64,000 nt of DNA from Octopus sinensis (lineage: Eukaryota). Positions 27,611 through 42,965 of the stretch are shown piece after piece. Under the pieces are notes generated by a model, which ran no database searches, was not told the DNA's origin, and saw only the letters and a program-made list of their open reading frames with translations. Location: the NCBI RefSeq assembly GCF_006345805.1, contig NC_043014.1, positions 48,794,001 through 48,858,000 on the forward strand. Reading direction: 5' to 3'. Each line of letters starts with the position of its first letter. The stretch's first letter is position 1. The translations under genes and the position numbers were made by a program.

Positions 27611-29047
27611 ACACACACACCTGTACCAGGTGGTAAGTTATGTTCTTGAACAAGGTGGTTCACTTCACATTGTTTCCTTCTATTCACATGTAAATGAGGA
27701 CTAGCTGATTAGGAGTGCAGCTCTCCCTCTTGCTCTCTCCAGCTGTCACATTCTTGATGCTCGGCTGAATCATGGGGTGGATGGCCTTAGAAGGCATCCA
27801 CATTGTCTACCAGTGAGCTCATAGCCACCACAATAGTTAATGAAAGCATAATACTGCATGCAGTCAGGTCATAGTCCTTTGCAAATGAAAGCCATAAATT
27901 TATATATACACATACACACACGTGTGTGTGTGCGTGTGTGTGTGTAACAGCTGTCTAGGAGAATGATACTTCATTGTAAAGCATAGGGAGCAGTCTGCTT
28001 CTGGTCACCTCAGCTAATGCTGGGCCTGAGAAAGAAAGTTGTTCTCTCCGAAGAGAAAGTGCAGTTCAGTACATCCGTCATCATTTCCTCATACTGGAAT
28101 TTCTTGGAAAACATACTACAGAAATAAAATATCCTGTTATAACAGAGTGTCATGGACCATTCATGTCAAAACTAATTGAACACACGTGATTGTAAAACTG
28201 CCCATAAGTGGTTTGGGATATTTGTCATTTGTTCAAACAGTTGTGATGGAGAGATTCAGCAGTTGGTTGACTGACTGAGCAGCCCTTTCCAGAGAGATCT
28301 GAGAGTTCCATGCATTGGCACTTTTTATTTATTTTTTTTTTTTACTTGTTTCAGTCATTTGACTGCGGCCATGCTGGAGCACTGCCTTTAATCAAGAAAC
28401 TCGACCCCCCCCCGGACTTATTCTTTGTAAGCCCAGTACTTATTCTATCGGTCTCTTTTGCCGAACCGCTAAGTGACGGGGACATAAACACACCAGCATC
28501 GGTTGTCAAGCAATGCTAGGGGGACAAACACAGACACAAACACATACATATATATATACATATATATATACGATGGGCTTCTTTCAGTTTCCGTCTACCA
28601 AATCCACTCACAAGGCTTTGGTCGGCCCGAGGCTAAAGTAGAAACACTTGCCCAAGGTGCCATGCAGTGGGACTGAAACCGGAACCATGTGGTTGGTAAA
28701 CAAGCTACTTACCACAGAGCCACTCCTGCACCTTGTGCATGAAACTCTCAGACCTTGAGTCAGTTATTTCTAAACATTAATAAAAATATATATATACTAT
28801 TCCGAATTCTATTTTTCCTGTTTGCACCGACATACCTGTGTGTGCGTGCATGTGTGTGTGCGCATGCACATGTACATACACACACACACACACACACACA
28901 AGTGTGTAAGTTTGAGTTTACCTCCGAACCACATGGTTTTGGGTTCAGTCCAATTGCAGGGAACTTTGGGCAAGTGTCTTTTACTACAGCCCCATGCTGA
29001 CTAAATCTCTGCAAGCAGACATGATAGGCAGAAATTGGAAAACCCTG

Positions 29048-29089
<42 letters not shown>

Positions 29090-30479
29090 GTGCTTTGATA
29101 TTGCAGGACAGTCGTAAATGAGTGTCACCAACACACAAGCAGTGTATATTTCCAATAATCCACGTAAATATGTCAAGCCATGGGGGAAATATTTACCTTC
29201 CTTAGAAACAGGTAAGGGCTAGTGGCAGGAAGGGTATCCAACTGTAGAAAATCTACCACAGTGAGTTCCAACCGACCCTTTGCAAGTACAGAGAAGTAAG
29301 TTTTCCATACTGGCACGGGAGTTTGTCAGCTGAAGAGCTGCCCAGGGTCCATAGTCTGTTTTTTGCATGGTTTCTGTGGCTGGATGCCTTTCCTAATGCC
29401 AGCCACTTTAGAGTGTACTGAATATTTTTACGTGCCGGTGGCACGTAAAAGCACCATCCGTTCATGGCGGTTTGCCAGCTCCATCTGGCACCTGTGCGGG
29501 TGGCACGTAAAAAGCACCCACTACACTCACGGAGTGGTTGGCGTTAGGAAAGGCATCCAGCCGTAGAAACACTGCCAGATCAGACTGGGCCTGGTGCAGC
29601 CTTCTGGCTTCACAGACCCCAGTTGAACCGTCCAACCCATGCCAGCATGGAAAACGGACGCTAAATGATGATGATGATGATGATGATGATGAAGTACTGG
29701 CACAGGTGAGTTTACATGGCACCAGAACAGGTGCTTTTTACATGGCACCAACACCCACAAGCCCACATGTTTAGGAATGTTCAGCTGGAGCGGGATGCAG
29801 GGGACACGCTTGTATGCAAGGTCAACCACGCTTTCACTATGCTTGACGTTGTCTTCTCAAACACAGCAAACTGCCAGGGGTCAGTCCCTTGCCATCCCAT
29901 CCCCTCTGAAGATCCTTTCTCACCACTTTGCCCTACATCTGAGTCTACCCCTTCCACATGTTCCCTCCCACAATTGGAGATCAGCACCTCTTGATGCGAC
30001 TGTCTCCATTCCTGTGTAGAATTGCATCAGTTTGACTCTGTTCCCTGTGACTAATCGACAGTAAAAGCCTGTATTTTTTTGCTAGCTAATCAACAAAAAA
30101 CCAGTGTGTCACATACCTGAAAGGTAATGAAATTCAAAAAGACGAGTCTAGTTTCTGATGAAATGTAGGTCATGTTTTATTCTATTGTCCGGGTTCTTAT
30201 AAAACTCACTAAGTTAGATGAGACACTCCTGTGAGTCTCCAAAACAACAAGCCATTTTAAAGTCAGCTAGAAATATGCCAGAGTCATTTTAGAAAAGAAA
30301 GTGAAAGCTAATTAAAAAGTGGAAGAACTTAAGAGGAAATGAGAGGGATAAGGAAAATCAGAAATGAAAAGAAGCTGATTAAATAAAATTAATTTTCATA
30401 ATTAGGTAAAATTTAAGATGAATTAGCAGAGTAGTGAGCATTGAATGCTCTTACATTACTGGAACATTCAACTGTCAAC

Positions 30480-31761
30480 ATGGCAGCTTGTGAGAGCCAA
30501 CTGGTGTTCTGTGATGAAAGACAAAAGATTGTGTGCCTTCACCAAGTGGGCAAGTCAAATTCTGTGATAGCAAGTACAGTAGGAAGGTCTAGAAGTGTTG
30601 TGCAATGAATTGTAGCTCGTTTCAAGTCATCAGGACTGACAGATGCTAAACCCAAAACCAGTAGACCTAGTAAAACTTCACCAAGACAGGATCGTATTAT
30701 GGTTAGAATGTCACTGAAGGATGGGTTTAAGAGTGATGCAGAGATATCCCGCGAGTTTAGCTCCACTCCTGATGTCAACATATTGCACAAAACAGTTTCT
30801 TGGAGGTTACAAAGGTCTGGGTTGCTTGCTCGGGCACCAGCAAAGAAATCTCTGAACTCCAAGGAGAATCAAAGAGCCCGTCTTTTGTTTCGCTCACAAA
30901 CATATCATGAGAAGACATTGGTCAATGAATTGAAGTGTAATGTAACTGGTTCCAATGGTGGGATGTACATCCGACAAAGTGGCAAAAGGTTATCTCATAC
31001 ATCATCATCATTGTTTAACATCTGCTTTCCATGCTAGCATGGGTTGGACGATTTGACTGAAGTCAGGCGAACCAGATGGCTACACCAGACTCCAATCTGA
31101 TCTGGCAGAGTTTCTACAGCTAGATGCCCTTCCTAACGCCAACCACTCCAAGAGTGTAGTGGGTGCTTTTACGTGCCGCCGGCACGAGGGCCAGTCAGGC
31201 GGTACTGGCAACGGCCACGCTCAAAAGGTGCTTTTTATGTGCCCCCTGCACAGGAGCCAGTCCAGTGGCACTTGCAACAACCTCGCGTGTGAAGAAATAT
31301 GGAGGAGGCAGTGTAATGGTATGGGGAGTGATCTCTGCTACTGGTCTTGGTCCACTTATTCACCCACAAGGGACTGCCAATGCTGAAATCTATGAGCAGA
31401 TTCTTACAAGAATGCCCTTTCCACATCTCTGATCCTCATCAGTTCAACCTCCTATATTAGTGCAGGACAACGCTCCCTGTCACACTGCGAAGAGAGTCAA
31501 AGATTTTTTGGGGTGATGAAGGGGTTGATCTCATGGACTGGCCACTTCAAAGTCCTGATCTCAACCCTATAGAAAACGTCTGGAAGATTATTGGAGATAT
31601 GGTGCAAAGGAGAAATCCAAATAACCAAGATGAACTCTGAGAATTATTGAAAAAATGAATGGAACAATATTACTGAATCATTTGGCAAGAAATTAATCCA
31701 GTCCTGTAGTAACAGACATCAGGAGGTCATTGATACTAAAGGGATGTTCACAAAATATTAA
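30480..31761 (+). mobile_element. Tc1-family transposase pseudogene (DD34E), interrupted by a repeat at 30999-31290
   Basis: HTH-like N-terminus with RPSKTSPRQDR; GGGSVMVWGVIS; QDNAPCH...WPLQSPDLNPIENVW with 34 residues between D and E; C-terminal GMFTKY*. Several stops and frameshifts. Confidence 0.93.
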
Positions 31762-32209
31762 CAGTAAGGGTTTCTATTTTGGCCTTGTCCCATTTTTCAT
31801 TGTTTTATTAAGGAACCCTTAACTTTTGGCCGTTGCAATTTAGAAGATTATTTGCTTATTTTCTCATAACTTATGAAATATTTATTCCATTCACTTGAAA
31901 TTTTCACAAAAGATAGATATTAGATATATCTAAATATGTGTAAAATATCTAGCTTCAACATGTTATTCTTCTCTAATAAATATTTTAATACACTTGTTCT
32001 TACTGACTTTTACATTATGGCCACTACTGTGTATATGCACATATATGTTGGGTTTTTTTCAGTTTCTGTACACCAAATGCACTCACAAGGCTATGGTCAG
32101 CCTGAGGCTTTAGAAGACACTTGCCTGAAGCGCCATGCAGCGGGACTGAACCTGGAACTATGTGGTTGGGAAACAAACTTCTTACCACAAGCCATGGCTA
32201 CACCTATAC

Positions 32210-32262
<53 letters not shown>

Positions 32263-33881
32263 GACTGGGTGCATCATCCATCCATTTTCTCTGCCCACTA
32301 TTCCTGAGAGGAGTGTAAAGGGATCCTATCAAAAGCAACCACCATTACACTTTCTTGCTGGATCACCAAGAATAACCAACAAAGACTATTTCCTTCTCGA
32401 GCCATGCCTGGCTCATAAGGGCCGGTTTCCCGGTTTCTTGGCGTATAGGTTCCCCACCTGGACGGGACACCGGTCCATCGCAGGTGAGCTGCAAGATGCA
32501 GGAGGAAAGAGTGAGAGAAAGTTGTGGCGAAAGAGTCAGCAGAAGTTTCACCATTACCCTCTGCCAGAGCCATGTGGAGCTTAGGTGTTTTGCTCATAAA
32601 CACACACATCTCCCGGTCTAAGATTCGAACCCTCGACCATGAGTCCACTGCTCTAACCACTAGGCCATGTGCCTCCACCAACAAAGACTATGAATATTAT
32701 CCAACAATTTCATTCTTTGTCTACCTTTAGGTCTCCTGTTGGTTAACTTACCTTAAAGGATTTGCCCTATGACATTCTAATCAAGTCAGTAGTATCACAG
32801 GTGTGAACTCTCAATGCAGAGAACTGCTAACTCTACCTGGAGAGGTTCCCTGATTTCCGAGTAACACACTAAGCAACATCATTCCAGAGATTCCTAGGAG
32901 AAACCACATTCCAACTGCTTGCATCTATTATACACACATACGAAAATATATACATCCACACGTCCACCCACGCGTGTGTGTGTGTATGAATGCATATGTA
33001 GTCTTATCAGTCAATGACTCATCGTTTCATAATAACAAGAAACCTGGACAAGTGTTTTGCAATTATAGGAAATTCTGAGTAACGAAGGTGTGTCATTGCC
33101 TGCTAAAAATACAATCTCTTTTCCAAGTCATATGAGACTTACTTATAGAGCCGGTTTCCTGGGGTGTATATATTCCCCTCCTGGGTCTGTTGCAGGATTA
33201 CTTTTGCAAGCTGAGTGAACTGGAGCAATGTATAATGAAACGTGTTTTTTTTTTTTTTACTTGTTTCAGTCATTTGACTGTGGCCATGCTGGAGCACAAC
33301 CTTTAGTCAAGCAAATCGACCCCAGGACTTATTCTCTGTAAGCCTAGTACTTATTCTATCGGTCTCTTTTTGCCAAACCGCTAAGATACAGGGACGTAAA
33401 CACACCTGTATTGGTTGTCAAGCGATGTTGGGGTAGGGGACAAACACAGACACATAAACACACATACATATATAGATATATAAGAAGGGCTTCTTTTCAG
33501 TTTCCGGCTACCAAATCCACTCACAAGGTTTTGGTCGACCCGAGGCTATAGTAGAAGACACTTGCCCAAGGTGTCCCACAGTGGGGCTGAACCCGGAACC
33601 ATGTGGTTGGTAAGCAAGCTACTTACCACATAGCCACTCCTTACGCCTATGCAAAAGAAAACAACACATCAGGTTCAGGAATCGAAATCACAATTTTACA
33701 ATCATGAGTCAAACATTCTAACTACTAAGCCACGTGTCTCCACTAAAAGTACAACAATATAACAGATATACATTCCAGCATGACACATAGGGTGCTTTTT
33801 CTTTTCCTTTGTACATTTAACAACTGCGTGTGCCTATATATATAACCTCAATATACGGTCCCATTAATGATTACAAAGTGT

Positions 33882-34289
33882 GGGGTGTTTTCGGTTTGAA
33901 TGGCAGTTTTTTCTAGCAGTGTCATGAAATTGTCACCCATAATTATGACCCTAGTATCGATCTATTGCATTTCAATCTGGGTTAGGGTTAGTTAGGGGTG
34001 GAGGGAAGGGTATCTTTTTTTCTTTAGAAATGTAAATAAACCCAATCTGTTTCTTAAACGAGGGACATATTCATACGGCACAGAATGTTTTTTCTTTTAC
34101 CTCAATAGACGTCAGTGATTGGTTGAAATTGTAGAAAAAAACAACAAATATCTTACAAACTATAGAATTTTCTCAATAAAGCCAAGAGGAAAAGATGTTT
34201 TATAAACACATTCTACCAGTATACGAAGTTTAAAATTTTTTAGTTACCTAGAAATTGTTAAAAACTGCCGGTCAAACCGAAAAGATCCC
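33882..34289. mobile_element. MITE with ~30-bp TIRs, 7-8-bp TSD and internal telomere-like motif
   Basis: TIRs ggggtgttttcggtttgaatggcagttttt and aaaaactgccggtcaaaccgaaaagatccc; TSD aaagtgt(g); gggttagggttagttagggg inside. Confidence 0.85.
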
Positions 34290-35362
34290 AAAGTGTGTTT
34301 AAAGACATTAAGTGCCTATACTTTATATTGTACTCATTTTTAGAGTTTTCTCAAGACAGGTAAACACATTCCACATCAAACTTTCATTACACACAAATTT
34401 TTTCTTCCTGGTGTGTTGCCACGTTTAAATATTTGAAGTAAAACCGATTTTCTTCTACAAATTATCTACGTGTAAAATCGCCGGATATCTTACAAGTTAT
34501 GCTTGTTGTAAAGAAAAAGGCAAATGAAATAAGATGTTCTTCCTGAAAAGACGAAAGACTATTAGGAGCCACTGTAACTCCGCGGATGAACGACGATGGA
34601 CAGCGGGAAATCTCGGGCAAAATCAGGAAAGGAAAAAATACATTATACAGAAATACATGTACACACACACCTGTGTGTGTGTGTGTTTGGTAATACAAAC
34701 AGGAAAACAGAAATTAAAACAAACACATAGATATATTATTTAATCGGCACAAGGTGACTCAAAGACCGAGAATTTTATGCAGTAGCATTTATTTGATAAG
34801 TGCCAATGACGAAACTCTCAGCCTTTGAATCACCTTGGAATTTCTGCTAATAAAAAATAATAATAATAATATAATATATATATATATATATAGATATATA
34901 TATATATATATATAAGCTTTCACAGAAGAGGAGTCATAAGATTTGTAATATATGCAATCACACGCACACACAGGCTTGCTTCTCAACCATGTGGTCTCAG
35001 GTTCAGTCCCACTGCGCGGCACCTTGAGCTTACTGTCTTTGACAGCTCAGGGTCGACCGAAGAGCCTCATGAGTGGACCTTGTAGGACGGAACTGGAAAA
35101 GGGCTCGTGACGCGCGCAAGTGTGTGTTTGTGTGTATGTATGTAAGTCGCTGTAACTTAGCGGTTCAGCAAAAGAATTCGAGAGAAAAAATACCAGGAGT
35201 GGCTGTGTGGTAAGTAGCTTGCTTACCAACCACATGGTTCCGGGTTCAGTCCCACTGCGTGACATCTTGGGCAAGTGTCTTCTGCTATAGACCCGAGCCG
35301 ACCAATGCCTTGTGAGTGGATTTGGTAGACGGAAACTGAAAAAAGCCTGTCGTATACATGTG

Positions 35363-35404
<42 letters not shown>

Positions 35405-36206
35405 CTGTGTTTGTCCCCCTAGCATTGCTTGACAACCGATGCTGGTGTGTTTACGTCCCCGTCACTTAGCGGTTTGGCAAAAGAGACCGATAGAATAAGT
35501 ACTGGGCTTACAAAGAATAAGTCCCGGGGTCGATTTGCTCGACTAAAGGCGGTGCTCCAGCATGGCCGCAGTCAAAATGACTGAAACAAGTAAAAGAGTA
35601 AAAGAGAGTAAAGGGCTTAAAAAAATTAAAGACTGGGCTGTGTTCGATTTAAACCCTATTCCTGTATTACACATATGGAAATAAACTGATTAAATTCCTC
35701 GGACAGCAATTTAAATATTTATGTGACATTGCATTTTAATTTTACACGAAGTAATGTAATTAGAGCCAAAACTAACTTCCATCTGAGGAGATATTGTAAT
35801 AAACGGAGTTGCATTAAAATATAAAACGAAAGACTAACGAATAAATAATTATTTAAGAACGAAAACTCCAGTGAAATGTGTATAATTATAAAGTATCAGC
35901 TCATCAAGCCCTTCTAATTATGAAGAGGTAATTAAGAAAGTTCAAGCTGTTTTACTCGGAAGAGAAACTTTTTTAATAGCCTCGCTATCTTAGGTTAAAC
36001 TGTAGCGGAGTATATAATTAATTTGGAGAGGAAGCAGGCTAACAGCTAGTTTATGTAAGCATGTATTATTTATTATATAATATATATATATATCATATAG
36101 AGGAGATATAATATATAGTCAATAGCTATTAGTTCAGTGCAATGGTAGTACGTATGTACAAAGTGACATGTTAGTGAAGTGAAATGCTTTATATATATAT
36201 ATATAT

Positions 36207-36237
<31 letters not shown>

Positions 36238-38989
36238 CGCACATATAAGTGCAATGGTAGGTCCGTCGGTGAATAAATAAAAGTTAAGATGTCAGAATCT
36301 CTCCATTCAACAACTTTGCTTGTAACACTGAGTATATCTGTTGCTGTTATTGTAATTAAGAGCAACACAGATAACTAATTATTTCGGAAATTCAATTAAT
36401 TCACGAAGCAGAGCCGAATGTAATTTTAAAATGGTTTTCGAATCGAAGTTAAACGAAAACGTCACAAGTTTGAGGAAGAAATAAAAGTGACAGGAGAGAG
36501 AAACAAAACTTGTTCCTTTTCAATTACATGAAAAGTTATAGTAATTATATTTAACTAATCGTTAACAGGCGCAAGGGTGGTAAGAAGCTTGCTACCCAAA
36601 CACATGCTTCCGGGTTCAGTCCTACCTTCGGCAAGTGTCTTCTACTATAGCCTCGAGCCGACCAACACCTTGCGAGTGGATTTGGTAGACGGAAACTGAA
36701 AGAAGCCCGCTATGAGTGTGTGTCTTTGTGCCCCCCCCCCAGCATCACTGCTTAACAACTGGTGTTGGTGTGTTTACGTCCCTGTAACTTAGCGGTTCGG
36801 CAAAAGAGCCCGATAGAATAAGCACCAGGCTTTAAAAATGGGTTCTGGGATCGATTCATTCGACTAAAAATTCATGGCTGCGCTCCAGCATGGTCGCGGT
36901 CTAATGACTGAAACATGTAGAAAATAAAAGATAATACTTCAACATAGACCATTAATGAAGTTTTCTTGGGACTTTTCGCCTCTTGGATTCAAATTTAAGT
37001 GTGTATATATGTATGTATGCGTACGTTTAAATGTGTGACTTATTTATGTACGCTTGTTTACATCTGCATGTATATCCCTTCCTGCTTCCCCATAATTTCT
37101 CTCCCACTGGAAACCTCTTCACCTCTTACTCATTCATGTCTGTGCTTACTTAATATCAAACCGAATATCAACAATCACAAAGAGACCATCGTCTGCCTTT
37201 CACTCTTCCTCTCTCTCCAAACCCAACAAAGGGAGTTATTCAATAAACAACTGGTTTTGTTGGTATGCTTCATGAGGTTTGTTTAACACCAGGTTAACGC
37301 TGACCGAGCAGAAACCTTACTCCAGTCATTCCAATCTTGACAATCACATGTGGCTTTCAAACATACAATGCACCCATGATAATTATTATCCTAAAGTGTC
37401 TTACTTCCTTTTAAAGACATTAGAAAAGCGCTTCCCAACCGCGTTTCCTAGGGCTGCATGTGGCCCTCAAGCAACCCTTGCGGCGACCCCCCGACGGCCT
37501 TTCCTTTATGTTTCTTTAATTAACTCATCTTTTACTTTTTTTTGTGCAGCCCCCTAAAAAAATTCAAGTTTGGTATCAGGCCCGGATATTAAAACGGTTG
37601 AGAACCATGAAGTAGTATGTTATATGAGGGTATTTAACTGTTATTTCTAGTCGGCCAAACAACCATTTAGAGACTTCCTGTCCCGACCGACTTTATAACT
37701 TTTAGAAAAATGGGTATGTAATGAAATTCCCTACAAGTACCTTTCACATGATGTAGATTATGATTACATCGGAATTTAATATGGAATAAAAAAAAGAAAA
37801 TAATGGACGCAATACACATCCATACGAACACATCACAATTTCATTTTGTAGATGTATTATGCAATGTGGATGCATGATAGCCCCACCAATTTATTTTTAT
37901 ACATCAAAATCACGGAGTCTGGAAAGGAATGGGGTTTATAACTCCTCATCTTGATATTCTCAATGGTAAAAACAATTTAGTCTGAAAGACTTGGCGGGAA
38001 AATACAGAATGTAAAGGAAAGTTTTATTTCCAGTGGTGCCATCGTGGTCGAGTGATAAGAAGTTTGCTTCCCAACCACATGGGTTCCGAGTTCAGTTCCA
38101 CTGTCTGGTACCTTGGGCAAGTGTCTTCTACTATAGCCTCGGGCCAACTAAAACTTAGAATAGATAGATTCGGAAGATAGAAACTGAAAAAAGCCTGTCG
38201 TATCCTATATGTATGTGTCTTTGTCCCTCACCACTTCTTGACAACCAATGTTGGTTTGTTTACAACCTCGTTTCTTAGCGGTCAGACAGAATAAGTACTC
38301 GACTTAAGAGAAAAGCAGAGAGTTTTTTAATACAGCAAGTTTAACTAATACTTTATGTAAGGGAACTTAATGGCATGTATCTTTCATCTATATCTACAGC
38401 TGACTTGGGCAGTTATTATTATTATTATTAGTGTAAATGAAAGCTGTGTTTATAAGGAAAGACAAGAAGCAAATAATAAAATAATCCTTCGTATTAAAGG
38501 CACAAGGTCTTAAATTTTTTGGTGAGTGGGGGAAGTCGATTACATCGACCCCAAAAGAACAAATGGTGGAATTTGAACTTGGAACGTATAAAGACAGACG
38601 AAATGCGTGCCCGGTGCGGTAACGATTCCTGCCAACAAATAATAATCTTTTTCTACTTTAGGCACAAGGTCTGAAATTTCGAGAGAGAAGGGGCTAACCG
38701 ATTACATCGACCCCCCAGGACTCAGCTGGTACTTATCGACCCCGAATAATAAATAGGTCTTCTTTATTAATCACTAAGGGTTCACAAAAAAAAAAAAAAA
38801 AAACTGGGGCGGTACAAAACAATACAATAATAATAATAATTGTTGCAGAAATTGCCGAATAAAATTAAGATTCTTTCTACGTCTTAAAAAAGAAATTAAT
38901 TGAACAAAAAAAGTATTTGGATATAATGTTAGTCACAGTTTAAGTATTTAAATTAGCTGTTTGTATGTAGTGTGTGTGTGGGTGTTGTG

Positions 38990-39128
38990 TATATATTATA
39001 TATATATATCTATTATATATAATATTATATATAATATATATATAATATATATATTATATATATATATTTATATATATATATTATATATATAATATATATA
39101 TAATAATATATTATATATATATATTATA

Positions 39129-39166
<38 letters not shown>

Positions 39167-39459
39167 GTATATATATATATTATATATATTTAATATATAT
39201 AATATATATATATATATATATAAATATATATATATTATATATATAATATATATATATATTATATATTAATATATATTATATATATTATATATATAATATA
39301 TATATATATATAATCATATATATATTATATATATAATATATATAATATTATATATATAATTATTATATATATTATTATATATATAATATTATATATATAT
39401 TATATATATTAATATATATATATATATATATATTAATAATAATATATATATATATATAT

Positions 39460-39501
<42 letters not shown>

Positions 39502-40200
39502 TATCTATAATATTATATATATAATATATATATATATATATATTATTGGCTAAACTGGGCAATATGACCATTCCGAAATATAACAATATCTGTTTCACAC
39601 ACACGACTTCACTAAAAAAATCTTGCACAACAAATATTTAAACGTATATATTAATATATATATTATTATATATTATATATATATAATTATATATATATTA
39701 TATAATTAGATATATATTATTTATTATATATATATTATAGTATATATATATATATATATATATTATTATATTATATATATTATTATATATATATATATAT
39801 ATATATTATATTATAAATATATATATATATATATATTATATATATAATATATTATTATATATATATATTATATATATAAATAATTATATTATATATATTA
39901 TATATATATATATTATATATATATATATTATATATATATATATTTATATATATATATTAATATATATATTATATATATATATTATAATATATATATTATA
40001 TATATATATATTATATATATATATTATATATATATATATTATATATATATTATATATATATATATTTATATATATATATATATTATATAATTATATACAT
40101 ATATTATATACATTATATATATTATATACATATATTATATACATTATAATATATATAATATACATATATATTATATATATATATAATATCATATTATATA
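38990..40200. repeat. 1.2-kb degenerate (TA)n tract with a ~100-bp complex-sequence island at 39545-39645
   Basis: Almost pure A/T sequence. Confidence 0.97.
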
Positions 40201-42306
40201 TATATACACAACACACACACACTATATATACGTGTATATTTGTAAATATATACACATGTGCGTATGTACATGCAAATATGTATATGTATAATCGCGCGCG
40301 CACACACACACACACACATACATAAGGTACGTGTGTGTATGTGTGACGGAAGGATCGGCGCCCTTAATCTTTTACAGCCTCCCCACCACCACCACGAAAC
40401 CAGTGACATTGTGTATATTCCGCTTAAATTAATTTTTATAAAAGTCGACGACGACTGCAAAACAACAATAAATTCAATTGTTTTTTAAAGTCCTACTTGT
40501 CTAACCACATACCACACACACGTTCATACATACAAACTATATACACTTACACACACACACACACTTGTTAATGAATACGTATGTATTAATTAGTAACAAC
40601 TTTATAAATGAGTTGTGGATTCCTGAGAGATGTCCTAATTACTAAAGTATTTAAAGTGTAAAAAACAAGGCGAGAAACAAAACACTAAAACAATATTTGG
40701 GTCTAACAACTTATTAACTCCAGTCAGTTTAGACTAAGTAGGTCTATAATTAAATTGCATTCCAGCCGTGGCCATCCAATCATGTTTTAATGTATAGTGT
40801 ACACACTGGTGTACTGTTTTTTTTTTCTCTTTTGTATTTTTCAAAACGATTGGGTGTGGTTAGAGGGGTATTTGGCTGCTATTTTTAGCAAACCGAGCAA
40901 CACAGCTGCTCGCTCGTCGACCTGGACAATCGTTCCGTCGTATATATTATATATATCTGTTTCTATGTCCAACACAATAAACCTAGTAACCAATTATTGA
41001 TTGATTCATATAAAGACAAATGGTTAAGGACATAATATTAAGTTGTTTAGTCCTGTTCAAGCCGACATGATTGAACGCAAACAAGCTAAGACCATCCCGA
41101 ATCTAGGAGACATTTTTTCAAAGTGTCTTTTAATTGAGAGATTTGGTAGTTTTTGTGTTTTGTATTTTAGTCCAGCTAGCTCAACAACTAAAGAACTATC
41201 TCACTTCTCTCGGTAACTTCTGCAGATTAGGTTTTATATCTCGATATAGGGGAGGACAAAGTGTAACAATGAGGACCTCATCAGCCCGAGCAAAAGGAGG
41301 GAAAATCCCATGGTAGCTTCAGAATAAAACTGTGCGCACGCGAGCAGGTTCCTATGTATGTAGGAGTGTTAATTAGCATTGTTAATTGATAATTTGTCTT
41401 GCACTTAGATGAGGGATAATCCAGAAGTTAATTATAACTGGGAAAGGGAACAGTGTCACACATGGGGACAGGTGGTTAATGTAAATTTATAAAATAAAAA
41501 CGAAAAGACTTACAGACTTAGTAAAGTCAGGAGACAAATACAGGCGCACACACTGTATACATATATGTAGATTGCGTGTGTGTATATGTATATATATGTA
41601 TCTGTGTATAAGTACATATATGTATATATGTGTGTGTGTGTATGTATGTATATATATGTGTGTGTGTATATGTATATATATGTATGTGTGTATATGTATA
41701 TATATGTATGTGTGTATATGTATATATATGTATGTGTGTATATGTACATATATGTATATATGTGTGTGTGTGTATATATATGGCTATATTATCAAGAGAC
41801 AAATATATCCGGTTTTTTTAAGATGACTATAAATTTGATGAAAAAAACTGAAAACTTTTACAGAAGTTTTTTTTTTTTTTTCAAAAAACTATTAGTAATA
41901 ATAATTTGATATATCCTAAAATATTTCTGAACAAGTTTACGTCCCAACCACCAAACATCCACCACAAACAGCATGCAAATATTATTAATAATTGCTAATT
42001 ATTTGTTATTTAAACCATGCAAGGTGTTTGAGGAAAATTAAGTGCTTGATTTACATTGTGCCCCTTTAAGTAAAAGACACACATACGTAGTTAATTTTAA
42101 CAGAAACGAGTAACAATTTTAAACGTTAAATAAGAAAGATAGGGCAAATTTTGGTTCAATAGTTTCATTGGATGAGGTTTTGTCTTAGTCGGTCCTTAAG
42201 CTTTTATAAGGGGTCGGGGAGGGGATCCTTAGGGGGTTAAAACTAGGGGAATGGCTTAGCAGACAAATAAGTTAGTGTAATTGAAGTAAACGAAGAGGGA
42301 ACTTAC

Positions 42307-42650
42307 ATTGAGAAAAGAAAAAAATTTCACGAGTTGTACCAGGTATAACCAACTTGCATAATCAAATAATTTAGAATGATGTTCTGGTTGGTGAGAGAGA
42401 CTTCCGTCTCTGTCGAGGAGGAGGAGTTTAGCTTAGTTTAGTTTTTACCCAGAATCCTTCTTCAGACGGAGCTCGGCCAGTCCCACTTGTCAATTTCGCT
42501 TGACCACTCTGTTCCACTCTGACCACCAGTTCGATGCTTCGTTAATTTTTGCTTTGTAAAAAAACCAACGAAGTCGTCAAAAAATGACAGACGTTTTCTC
42601 CCAACCACTAAAAATCGCTTCGGTGTTCATTCGACCAATAGAAATAACAG
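42307..42650 (-). promoter_or_regulatory. Candidate promoter and non-coding first exon of a second minus-strand transcript
   Basis: Non-repetitive, CpG-retaining sequence with a CCAAT (42635) and an ETS-like acttccg (42400), ending at a consensus donor CAAT|gtaagt (42301-42306). Confidence 0.35.
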
Positions 42651-42679
42651 CCAACACGGAACCTCTTCGTGGTGACTCG

Positions 42680-42965
42680 ATTAGCTAGAAATAGCAGCTG
42701 AATTTCGACTTAATTCAGCAGGTGGCATTTATGTGATACCTCGATGAGCTAGAAATAGCAGCTGAATTTCGACTTAATTTAACAGGTGGCATTTATGTGA
42801 GTGATAACTCAATTAGCTAGAAATAACGGCTAAATTTCCTAGGCATTCAACAAGTGGACTTCTGTGTTCTGGTTTTGACTACAAGAAACAGCAGCCAAAT
42901 TTCGTGTAGCTCAACAGGAGGCTTTCTACAAACTCACTCAGCCTGCTAGAAACAGCAGCCAAATC
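42680..42965. repeat. ~65-bp degenerate tandem repeat x5
   Basis: agctagaaatagcagctgaatttc...caggtggcattt units, diverging toward the right. Confidence 0.85.
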
